Shown in pieces: positions 52,895 through 64,000 of a stretch of DNA of 64,000 bases. The translations under genes were made by a program, and so were the position numbers. Within the stretch, counting starts at the first letter, position 1. The number at the start of each line of letters is the position of its first letter. The DNA comes from Octopus sinensis (lineage: Eukaryota), in contig NC_043008.1 in NCBI RefSeq assembly GCF_006345805.1, forward strand, positions 53,382,001 through 53,446,000, in the 5' to 3' direction. The notes below the pieces were generated by a model. It did not search any database and had not been told where the DNA came from. It was given only the letters and a program-made list of their open reading frames with translations.

Positions 52895-53095
52895 TAACAG
52901 GTGGTGCTGCTGATGGTGGTGGTGGTGGTTGTGGTGGTGATGACGTTGATGGTGGTGATGATGGTAATCACAGTGGTGTTGATGATGGCAGTGGTTGTGA
53001 AGGTGGTGGTGGTGATGGTGGTGATGGTGATAGTAGTCGAGGTGGTGTTCATGATGACGAAGGCGGTGTTGATGGAGGTGGTCATGGTGGTGGAT
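52895..53095. repeat. degenerate (GGT/GAT)n trinucleotide repeat
   Basis: Direct inspection; source of the poly-H/T/V ORFs. Confidence 0.9.
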
Positions 53096-53760
53096 TAAGC
53101 GATTATATTCTCCCCAACCCGAAATCATTATCACTGACCGTACTAATTATGCTTTCTTTTGATTGGACACGGGGCTAATTTTCGTAACGATTATGTAGAC
53201 TCTGGAATAGATTACGTGGGTTAGAGAAATGGTAAATGTTCAGAACTGCGCAACACCGAACGATATAACTTCAAAGGATAGTTTCCGACGCGCTGCAGTC
53301 GTGGCTAATTACAAACGCACGAACCATGTCTATCAAAGTGAATTTATCACAAACTAAAGAGTTACTTTAGTAATCACAGCAATGAATATTTAGAATAAGT
53401 GTACTATAGACAGATAAAGAAAGAGAGGAAAGAGGAGACAGAGAGGGGGAAAGAGAGTGCAAGAGAGAAAGAGAGAGAGAGTGTTGTGTGACGTTTGTCA
53501 ATAGTGTTTCGATTGACCAGAGGACTATCAATGGTAGTGTATTGTTTTCGTGATCTGGACATTTTGTGTCCTTGATCTGGAACTTAACGACTAACGTTTA
53601 CAGTACACACAGACGATCTAGACTACATAAATAAAGAGAAAGAAAGAATAAGTAAATTTAGAAAATGAAAAAGCCACAGTAAAAACAAAAACTTCCGAAA
53701 CACTGATCAGAAGTCGTTTCTTAGTACACTGCAGTTCTGGCACACTATTGTGATTGTCAA

Positions 53761-54354
53761 GGCGGCGAGCTGGCAGAAACGTTAGCACGCCGGGCGAAAT
53801 GCTCAGCGGTATTTCGTCTGCCGCTACGTTCTGAGTTCAAATTCCGCCGAGGTCGACTTTGCCTTTTATCTTTCCGGGGTCAATTAAATAAGTACCAGTT
53901 ACGCACTGGGGTCAATAATCGATTTAATCCGTTTGTCTGTCCTTGTTTGTCTTTTCTGTGTTTAGCTCCTTGTGGGTAATAAATAAATAGGTATTTCGTC
54001 TGCCGCTACGTTCTGAGTTCAAATTCCGCCGAGGTTGACTTTGCCTTTTATCTTTCCGGGGTCGATTAAATAAGTACCAGTTACGCACTGGGGTCGATAA
54101 TCGATTTAATCCGTTTGTCTGTCCTTGTTTGACTTTTCTGTGTTTAGCCCCTTGTGGGTAATAAAGAAATAAGTATTTCGTCTGCCGCTACGTTCTGAGT
54201 TCAAATTCCACCGTTGTCGACTTTCCCTTTCATCCTTTCGGGGTCGATTAAATAAGTACCAGTTACGCACTGGGGTCGATATAATCGACTTAATCCGTTT
54301 GTCTGTCCGTGTTTTTCCCCTCTGTGTAGCCCCTTGTGGGCAGTAAAGAAATAG
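53761..54354 (+). mobile_element. SINE family D trimer
   Basis: One head, then three ~182-bp 3' units with junctions at 53990/53991 and 54172/54173. Confidence 0.92.
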
Positions 54355-55498
54355 GTATAATTACTGACAGGGGCAGCATAGTGAAATATTACGAATGTTT
54401 TGTCAGCTTACAGTTTCGAGTTGAAGCTCTTCCTCATGTTGGCGCAAGAAAAAGCAGAGTTGATTCTGTGACCGATTCTGTTACAGTACTCCCAGAATCT
54501 CCTTTATATGGTCTAATAATTGAACTTTACCACGAAGAAATCAAATCTCTACATTATACTAATTCATGAAAATTAGGTCTACAATAGACCAAATATATTT
54601 CAAATACTGCCAAGGATGAAACGGGCGTCTAAACCCAGCCCAGTCTTTACCAACGAGCAGATATATCTTGAAAGGCACTTTTTCTCTTTTTTGTCCCACT
54701 TATTTAGAACTATATTCACCAATGTAATTTTTCTTTAAAAAAAAATTTTAATAATATGTAATCTTCCCCAAATGACAACCAAGTTTCTCACGAAAATAAC
54801 GAAGACAAACAAGAAAACGAGTATTTATCGTTCATCGAAAATCGAACAGTTAATAGACGAATATTACATATTTAGTGTCACGGAATTTCCGAAGAAAGTG
54901 TAACGACACGAAATCAGTTAATTTTAGCTTGTAAAAGAAAACATTATTAGGAAAATTAAAACTAAGTCTTCATATTGAAATGAAAAGAGATGACTTCACG
55001 ATATTGGTGTTTCTCAACACCAAATAACTAATTTTAAAAATGGAAAGTGGTGAATTCGGTTGCCCTTAAGCACAATTTGAGGAAAAGTTAAGTGAACAAG
55101 ACCGTGGAGTTCTCTAACTCAAACTAATCAGTAATCTCCCGTATTTATTTTCTGTGCTTATTTTCTTTACTATATTTTGTTTTAATAATTGTTTTTCTTT
55201 TGTACAATTTTAATTACTTCCGTGTAATTATGCGTTAGTGTAATGCTTACAAATGTGAGTGTATGAATATATGCACACATATATGCATAAGTACAAAGGT
55301 GTGTGTGTGTGTGTGTATGCAGTTATGTATGTGCATCTTCAAAATTCTTACAATCTGTAAGCGTGTTTTTTTCTTTCCACACTCTGCGTTTCCGTTTCCT
55401 TTTTAGTTACTCGAAGTGAAGTTTCGTATCAATTATGTCACTTGGAAACCTTGTGGCTAATAAGGAAAGCATCATGGTTATTATTATTATCATTATTA

Positions 55499-55548
<50 letters not shown>

Positions 55549-55986
55549 GTTATCATCATTATTATTATCATTATTATTATTAGAAAAGCAATGAGCCGGC
55601 AAAATTGTTTGCATACCAGTCAAAATGCTTAACAGTATTTCGTCCGTCTTTACGATTTGATTTCAAATTCCGCCGGGGTTAACTTTGCTTTTATCCTTTC
55701 GGGGTAGATGCAATAAGTACCAGTTGAGCACTGGGGTCGATCTAATCGACTTACGTGCTCCCCAAAATTTCAGGTCTCGTGTCCTGAATAGAAAGGGTGA
55801 GCTGGTAGAATCGTTAGCACGCCGCGCAAACTTCTTAGCAGCATTTCGTCCTTTTTTACTTTCTCAGTTCAAATTCCACCGAGGTCGACAAGCTCGATAA
55901 AATAAGTACCAGATGAGTCCTGGGGTCGATGCAATTGACTAGCCCCTTTCCCCAAAATTTTAGGCCTTGTCCCTATATTGGAAAAG

Positions 55987-56020
<34 letters not shown>

Positions 56021-56023
<3 letters not shown>

Positions 56024-56482
56024 GTTTGACTTTTGCTTTGTATTTGTACAAGTTGTCTCCAAGTCTCACCCAGAGACCTCAAGAGACAACAGGGTTGGAA
56101 GTTCATGTTGTTGTTATGCCTAGTGTGCCATATATTTGGGGGGTGTGGGTGTTGTACTAATGAATGTCTAAAAAAATTTTTTTTTTTTTTTTTTTTTTAA
56201 ACCGAAAATTATGTTTGTTTTAAATCTTGAGATTACATAGAAAGTATTTTGCGTAGTATATGAGCAGTTCCCATGAGCACTATCTTTTGAATTTCTGCCA
56301 TTTTTGGGTTTCCTGGTATCTGAGTTAGGTAGCTATCTGCGCCTTTTGCTATCATTCCCAGGGCACCTATGACAACAGGTATTGTTTTAGTCTTCAGCTT
56401 CCACATTTTGCTGATTTCTATTTCAAGATCTTTATATTTGCTCAGTTTTTGGTAGGTCTTGACAGATACGTTTATATCGATT
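56021..56482 (-). mobile_element. R4/Dong-type RLE 3' fragment with (AAT)n tail
   Basis: IDINVSVKTYQKLSKYKDLEIEISKMWKLKTKTIPVVIGALGMIAKG...LMGTAHILRKILSM*, then a 3'UTR. (AAT)n on both sides. Confidence 0.88.
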
Positions 56483-56525
56483 ATTATTATTATTATTATA
56501 TTATTATTATTATTATTATTATATT

Positions 56526-56563
<38 letters not shown>

Positions 56564-56979
56564 CATTATTATTATTAGAAAAGCGATGAGCCGGCAAAAT
56601 TGTTTGCATACCAGTCAAAATGCTTAACAGTATTTCGTCCGTCTTTACGATTTGATTTCAAATTCCGCCGGGGTTAACTTTGCTTTTATCCTTTCGGGGT
56701 AGATGAAATAAGTACCAGTTGAGCACTGGGGTCGATCTAATCGACTTACGTGCTCCCCAAAATTTCAGGTCTCGTGTCCTGAATAGAAAGGGTGAGCTGG
56801 TAGAATCGTTAGCACGCCGCGCAAACTTCTTAGGCAGCATTTCGTCCTTTTTTACTTTCTCAGTTCAAATTCCACCGAGGTCGACAAGCTCGATAAAATA
56901 AGTACCAGATGAGTCCTGGGGTCGATGCAATTGACTAGCCCCTTTCCCCAAATTTAGGCCTGTCCCTATATTGGAAAAG

Positions 56980-57010
<31 letters not shown>

Positions 57011-57013
<3 letters not shown>

Positions 57014-57472
57014 GTTTGACTTTTGCTTTGTATTTGTACAAGTTGTCTCCAAGTCTCACCCAGAGACCTCAAGAGACAACAGGGTTGGAAGTTCATGTTG
57101 TTGTTATGCCTAGTGTGCCATATATTTGGGGGGTGTGGGTGTTGTACTAATGAATGTCTAAAAAATTTTTTTTTTTTTTTTTTTTTAAACCGAAAATTAT
57201 GTTTGTTTTAAATCTTGAGATTACATAGAAAGTATTTTGCGTAGTATATGAGCAGTTCCCATGAGCACTATCTTTTGAATTTCTGCCATTTTTGGGTTTC
57301 CTGGTATCTGAGTTAGGTAGCTATCTGCGCCTTTTGCTATCATTCCCAGGGCACCTATGACAACAGGTATTGTTTTAGTCTTCAGCTTCCACATTTTGCT
57401 GATTTCTATTTCAAGATCTTTATATTTGCTCAGTTTTTGGTAGTAGGTCTTGACAGATACGTTTATATCGAT
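57011..57472 (-). mobile_element. duplicate copy of the RLE 3' fragment
   Basis: Same sequence as 56021-56482 apart from small indels. Confidence 0.88.
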
Positions 57473-57565
57473 TATTATTATTATTATTATATTATTATTA
57501 TTATTATTATTATATTATTATTATTATTATTATTATTATCATCATCATCATCACTTCATTATTAA

Positions 57566-57623
<58 letters not shown>

Positions 57624-57637
57624 ATAATCATCATCAC

Positions 57638-57702
<65 letters not shown>

Positions 57703-57703
<1 letters not shown>

Positions 57704-58310
57704 AAAGTGGCGAGCTTGCAGAAACGTTAGTACGCCTGGCAAAATGCTTAACAGCTTTTCCTCCGTTTTCGCCTTTTATCCTTTCGGGGTCAAAGAAATC
57801 AAATAAATACCAGTTGAACACTGGAGTAGATCTAATCGAGAAGCCACCTCCTTTCAAGTGCTATGCTTTGTTCCTGTAGTAGAGATAATCATCATAATCA
57901 TTGTAAAAGTTGCGAGCTGGTTGAAACGTTAACATGTTGGCTAAATATGCTTAACGGCATTTCATCCGACTTCCCGTTCTGAGTTCAAATTCCGCTGAGG
58001 TAAACTTTGCCTTTTATTCTTTTGGGGTCGATAAAATAATTACCAGCTGAACACCGGAGCCAGTGTAATCGACTCACACCCTCCCGCAAAATTGCTGGCG
58101 GTGAGCTGGATAAATCGTTAGCACATCGGGTTATATGCATGGCAGCATTTCGTCCGTCTTTACGTTCTGTGTTCAAATTCCGCTGAGGCAGACTTTTCCT
58201 TTCATTCTTCCGGGGTCGCTAAAATAAGTACCAGCTGAACAGTATAATCGATTTACCCCACCCCCGCTCAAATGCTACTGATCCTGAGCCAAAATTTGAA
58301 ACCAATATTT
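57703..58310 (+). mobile_element. three decayed SINE family D copies
   Basis: Repeated GCGAGCTGG..GAAACGTTA and TTTCGGGGTCGATAAAAT motifs. Confidence 0.75.
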
Positions 58311-58749
58311 GGCCACCTCAACCATTGACTAGTAGCTAAAATTCAGAGACAATAATATAACTGAAATATTAGATGTAGCCACAGATAAATAAAAGAAAGA
58401 TGTGGCTTAGAATAAAATGAAAGAGAGTGAGAGAGTGGAGGAGGAAGCCAAAAACGAAGAGATAAAGGCTTAACATAATATATGTGTTATTGAAAGCGGC
58501 TTAGCAAATACAGTTTGCATTCACAATGATTCCGTTCTATAAATATAATTGATTAGATGAGTAATTCTTTTCACATTGGTATATTTTATCTGCAACTATT
58601 CGCAATTCTTGTGTATAAAAGACCAGTTCCTGAGCAAGAAGAGTACATTTCAGGTTGCCTGGCCAGACGTAACTAATGCAAATAAGTTTGCTTCTTCTTC
58701 ACTGATAGATAAAATATTTGCTCCATTCATTCTGGTTGTTTTCGTTTTG

Positions 58750-58941
58750 TATTGGGTTGTTCGGAAAGTTCGTGCCGATTTATAGTAGCTTATCGTTCGA
58801 ATTATTTTAGAACATGGTTGAGTCCATGAAATAGAATTTGACTACACCTCCATTTAGAGCACAGTTTAAGCTATCTATTCTTGGAAGGAGATTTATGTTT
58901 CTATAACCTGTCTAAATTCTGTAACCCTTTAAAATGGAAGT
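58750..58941 (+). mobile_element. mariner-like 5' terminus
   Basis: TA-TTGGGTTGTTCGGAAAGTTCGTGCCGATTT TIR-like start, leader, then ATGGAAGT; the rest is replaced by a PLE repeat. Confidence 0.5.
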
Positions 58942-59452
58942 TCTTTCTGTGTTATTTTCTATGGAAGAGCGTAAGCTCGAAACGTTAAAGACTTTTTCAC
59001 TTCCCGAGCGTTATACTAATAGATCTGTTGTTGTCTACACCACTGTCTCGTCTTTTGTTTTTTTTTGTGTGAATTTTCTTCTTTCTCTCTCGATATTATA
59101 TATATATAATATATATTATATATATATTATATATTTATATATAAAAGTTCCTATAAATAATATATATACATACACACATATGGAACTTTTTACACACACA
59201 TTCACACATGTACATATATATATACGTAAATACATGTACATATATGTTTATGCATGTATACATGTGTATGCATATTTATGTGTGTGTGTAGCCACTATAC
59301 CTTTTCTATTTTCTCTCCCTGTTTATTTCTGTGTTCCGCTCTGTCGACGAGCGTAGGCTCAAAACGTAAAAGACTTTCTCACTTTCCGAGCGTTAAACTA
59401 ATACATCTGTTGTTTATACACCCGTCTTCGTCTTTTGTTTGTTTGTAAATTC

Positions 59453-59457
<5 letters not shown>
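58942..59457 (+). mobile_element. two Penelope-like terminal repeat copies
   Basis: GAAGAGCGTAAGCTCGAAACGTTAAAGACTTT (about 58964) and GACGAGCGTAGGCTCAAAACGTAAAAGACTTT (about 59346); both end in TA arrays. Confidence 0.7.
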
Positions 59458-59528
<71 letters not shown>

Positions 59529-59535
59529 GTATATA

Positions 59536-59601
<66 letters not shown>

Positions 59602-59900
59602 GATGTATATATACAAGTATATATATAGATGTATATATACATGTATATATATAGATGTATATATACATATATATTAGATGTATATATGTGTATATATATA
59701 TATATAACCTAATGGAACAGAAACACCGTCGTACCTCTGTCTGTCTCTCCATCATGTATATTATATATATATATATATATTATATAAAAAATAAGGGTAG
59801 AAATTGATATTAGTCAATTAAACCAGTGGTCTAGCACATTAAAAAGAATCCGAAGATTATAAAGATTATATATATAATATATATTATATATAATATAATA

Positions 59901-59943
<43 letters not shown>

Positions 59944-60409
59944 GTATATGTATGTATATATATAATGGTGTGTGTGAGGGGGTGACTGTGCGTATGTACA
60001 TCTGCATAGTTGTATATATGTATTATGTATAACCCTAATAGAGGTAAAATGCTGCCTCTCTCTAGCAATGTATATATATATATCTATCTATACTTACTCT
60101 TACGTATACATATATAGAGATTTTTAGGAGATTCATGTCTCTATAAACACCTGTACTATATCTACATCCAATCTATAACACTTTCTTCAACACCCCGATT
60201 TATCGATCTCCAGCTTCTCCGATGTATCAATCTCCTGTTAACACACCAAGGCATTAATCAATGGTCAGACAACTGTCTTAGTGTTTGCTAGTCACGTGAT
60301 CAACTATTGAAAATGTTTCATTTCGTTCTGTTATCTTGTTTTGTACTTCACAAGAGATAAATTGTTTGGAAGACGGCGTAACATGTCATTTCTCTCTTAA
60401 TTTGGGTCC

Positions 60410-60697
60410 GTAATCAAACCAGCACCGGCTATCAAGTGGTCGTGGCCCAAACATAGACACAATACACATATCAACTATCTGTCTCTCTGTTGTCTGTTTG
60501 GTCTGTATAATATATATATAAATACATATATACGACGGGCTTCTTTCAGTTTCCGTCTACCAAATCCACTTACAAGGCTTTGGTCGGCCCGAGGCTATAG
60601 TAGAAGACACTTGCCTAAGGTGCCATGCAGTGGGACTGAACCCGGAACCATGTAGTTGGTAAGCAAGCAACTTACCACACAGCCACTCCTACGCCTA
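60410..60697 (-). mobile_element. SINE family C
   Basis: Head CCACACAGCCACTCCTACGCC at about 60676-60696. Another decayed copy lies at about 62800-63085. Confidence 0.85.
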
Positions 60698-62204
60698 AAC
60701 TGAGAAAAAAAAAGCAAGAAAATTACGTTATGGATTGTGTTGATCAAGTCTGGTAATACTAAATCTACATCGTCAATTAAACTTTGGTCGGTCAACGTGA
60801 GAGAAAGAATACTAGGGGCGTATGGAGTACCCATCTTTTTACATGATTAAATGACTTGGAAAAATCAAGTGCAAAGGCTTAACAAGTGTTGCAGTATTCT
60901 GGTTTAGTAAAATGATGAAGGTTACCTCTGGTGACGGGATGATATGAAAGATCTCAAGCGAGCAACGACCACTAGAGCGCTTCTCAACAACATATGGAGA
61001 GGACATGCTCAATTCACAAGAAAAGGCCTTGGGCGTTTGGTAACATCCGGTTAACGAAAGTAAGAAGCCGAAGATACAGAAAGAGAAGATACAACATGGT
61101 TTTATTATTTAGCTTCAGAAAGACCTGTACAATAACGTGCTAACTTATGTGGTAGGGGACAGAAGGCATGAAGATCGTTGACTGCCGATGCCTATGGGTA
61201 CAGTATGTGAAGAGAGAGACAGTGAGAGAGACAGGCAAAGAAAGAGAGAAGGAGAAGAGAGGCAAAGAAAGGGAGAGGGAGAGAGAGAGAAAAAGAAAGA
61301 GAACTTGCTAAAATATGTATTACCCTTTCTAGAAGAGGCACAAAGCCTGAAATTTGATGTGGAAGGGACTAGTCTATTGCATCGACCTCTAATTAACTAA
61401 TTCTCATTTCATCGAACCCTGAAAGGATGAAAAGCAAAGTTGACTTCAGTGGGATTTGAACTCAGAATGTAAAGCCCGAAGAAATGCCGCTAAGTATTTG
61501 TTCAATTCGCTAACGATTCAACCAGCTCGCCACAATAATATGTGTAACATCAATGACACACTCTTACAACTCGTAAAATGTCAGACTTTCTTATTGATGT
61601 TATGCAGGTTGACGTTGTTGCTTCTATTGCTAATCCTCAGATCAGCCATGTTCAAAAAGACTTATAATCAAAGACATTCCAGCCGTAACCTTCTCATCGT
61701 TCATTTAATATATTTTGCTTCTAGGATTATATTATCCATCATAATGTTCTTTCCCTTGTTTTAAGATGGCCGTCTATGATTTATGAGGATATGGGCTTTT
61801 ATTTCTAGCAATGACACGGACGGCTGATTAGACGTTTCCTCATTGGCACTTTTGATGCCTATTTAAAACTTGTGTGCGTATATGTTTATGTTGGTGTATG
61901 AATCCATAGAGATAGTGTGTATTACAACACAGGAACATACAGAGACTCTGTTACAACATAGGAACATACAGAGACTCTGTTTGAGCAGATAAAAACTACA
62001 ACGAATGTGTGTTATAGCAGAGAAAACCACAGAGATTGTGAATGCTCGAGCAGATAAAACTATTCTGTGTTATTGAGACTGAGATTGTTTATACGTCTTT
62101 TACTGGTTTCGGTGATCACTCAGAAAGATACATCGTAATACGGATTATTGGGAAATCACTTTAGTTTGCTTGCAATATTTTGTTTAAATATTCTCGCACA
62201 TGAT

Positions 62205-62590
62205 TGGGAAGCACTCCGTCGGTTACGACGACGAGGGTTCCGGTTGATCCGAATCAACGGAACAGCCTGCTCGTGAAATTAACGTGTAAGTGGCTGAGCA
62301 CTCCACAGACACGTGTACCCTTAACGTAGTTCTCGGGGATATTCAGCGTGACACAGAGAGTGACAAGGCCGGCCCATTGAAATACAGGTACAACAGAAAC
62401 AGGAAGTAAGAGTGAGAGAAAGTTGTGGTGAAAGAGTACAGCAGGGATCACCACCATTCCCTGGAAGAGCCTCGTGGAGCTTTAGGAGTTTTTGCTCAAT
62501 AAACACTCACAACGCCCGGTCTGGGAATCGAAACCGCGATCCTATGACTGCGAGTCCGCTGCCCTAACCACTGGGCCATTGCGCCTCCAC
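62205..62590 (-). mobile_element. SINE family A, full length with 12-bp TSD
   Basis: Flanked by CTCGCACATGAT at 62193-62204 and 62591-62602. Confidence 0.95.
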
Positions 62591-63566
62591 CTCGCACATG
62601 ATAACAGAGAACTTACACAACAGGAAGAGTGTCAAACTAAATGTAATACGGTGTGTAGTTACGTCCCTTTAAGTTCTGTGTTGAGATTTGTCTTCCTCGT
62701 ATTTGCGTGTTTCAGTCGTTAGGACGGCGACCATGATGGGTAACGGCTTTGAAAGGTTTTTGTTGAATAGATGAACCGCCGTATTTACTTCTCTTAAGTT
62801 TAATAGTTGCCAAGCCACTAAATTACAAGGGCGTAAGTAAACTAACACCGGACAAACACAGATACAAACACACACACACAAACGTACACTGGCAAATCAT
62901 ACACATACGCCCATATATGCGACGGGCATCCACGCCGTTTCTGTCTACTAAATTATCTCACAAAGGCATTGATTGTCCCAGCACTAAAGCAGAACACACA
63001 TGCTCAAGGTGCTACGCAGTGGGTCTGAACCTGAAACCACTTAGTAGCAAAGTGAGCGTCTTAACCACATGACCATGCTTGCGACTACACAGAATATCTA
63101 AAAAATTTTATTCTGTATGAAGGAAGAGCAGTGTATTTGACAAATACCCTGTTGGATGTCGGGCAAATGTTCAAAGTATTCTAATGTCCCAGCTTTATAA
63201 TTACATCGATAGAATGAACCGAATTATATTCCTGTAGAAATTGGCCGAGTTTCAAAGTTTAACGAATTACCATTCAAAAGAACTGTTCGGGTTAGTTTGT
63301 CACTAAAATGTTCAATTGATTTGGTTACATAAAAGAATTTCGTCAAACGAAGAACCGTTATTTCTTTTTATACGAATTACAAGACATAACCGACACAAAA
63401 TATTTGCGACACGATAAAATACGGTTGCTAAGGGATACCAAAATTAATCCCCTACACCAAAACAAATAAACAAACAAGAGGAGGTGATTATATATCCGTA
63501 TATATAGCATAGCATGTTGCACACACACACACAATATGTGCGTGTGTGTGTGTATATGTATGTGTG

Positions 63567-63625
<59 letters not shown>

Positions 63626-63634
63626 GCGAGACAG

Positions 63635-63923
63635 ATGAGTGACAACCTGGCCACTGGTGGTGGTGTAACACACCATACTAATCATATCTGTCAGGCATGT
63701 GGAAGAGAGTGTAATTCGGCAGGAGGACTTAAACGATATGCAAAGGTATATGAAGCCCAGTTACAACTACAGCCGGCTATTACCAGTAAAGGTTTTAGTT
63801 GCCAATTCTGTACAATACATTGTAGATCTTTAGCTGGGCTAAAAAGTCACATTCGATCACAGCACCAGTAACAGTTAAGCTTCGTGCAAAGGCCATACTC
63901 GATAACGAGGGGACAGCCATCAT
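63635..63923 (+). mobile_element. RTE-like LINE 3' end with two C2H2-like fingers
   Basis: HICQACGRECNSAGGLKRYAKVY and FSCQFCTIHCRSLAGLKSHIRSQH*, then CCATACTCGATAACGAGGGGACAGCCATCAT and a GTAT tail. Confidence 0.7.
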
Positions 63924-64000
63924 GTATGTATGTATATGGCATTAAACTGTATCCGATTTTGAGACTTCAGTTCGAGAGTTCTGGAACTGTAGGAGCATAA

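Larger units (their letters stand above)
55581..57472. repeat. ~1-kb tandem duplication (SINE D pieces plus RLE 3' end)
   Basis: About 55581-56480 and 56576-57472 are near identical, differing by small indels and a few substitutions. Confidence 0.9.

Noticed and set aside
52886-53134. His-rich ORF
   Set aside because: Pure trinucleotide repeat with all frames low-complexity and no splice or domain support.
58557-58676. 39-aa ORF with a signal-peptide-like start
   Set aside because: Short, weak donor and no downstream exon; expected by chance in AT-rich DNA.
60147-60257. SP/TP-rich peptide NTPIYRSPASPMYQSPVNTPRH*
   Set aside because: Bounded by stops, with no in-frame acceptor or start codon.
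63635-63871. Host C2H2 zinc-finger gene
   Set aside because: No TGEKP-type linker, a retroelement-type 3' terminus, and a decayed sibling at 21530-22010.

Overview
This is repeat-saturated, AT-rich eukaryotic DNA, most likely a coleoid cephalopod (Octopus). That call is an inference from the tRNA-derived SINE families, the microsatellite load and an invertebrate-code mitochondrial fragment. I could not confirm any intact host protein-coding gene; the window reads as a large intron or intergenic region with a 100-N scaffold gap at 35774-35873. Most ORF-track entries are microsatellite artefacts. Recognisable content: at least four SINE families (two young copies with 12-13 bp TSDs); decayed non-LTR retrotransposons (R4/Dong-type RLE, RTE, CR1-group); Penelope-like fragments; a Helitron with helicase remnant and a clear 3' hairpin+CTAG end; mariner/Tc1 remnants; and a ~85-105 bp nad5 NUMT. 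Best leads: (1) five Penelope terminal-repeat copies with a minimal type-I hammerhead-ribozyme layout, four of them sharing a non-canonical CUGUN core; (2) RLE retrotransposon ends stacked in (AAT)n arrays; (3) SINE multimers sharing one junction; (4) several long fold-back hairpins; (5) a few unconfirmed candidate exons. All alignments were done by eye and coordinates of decayed elements are approximate.
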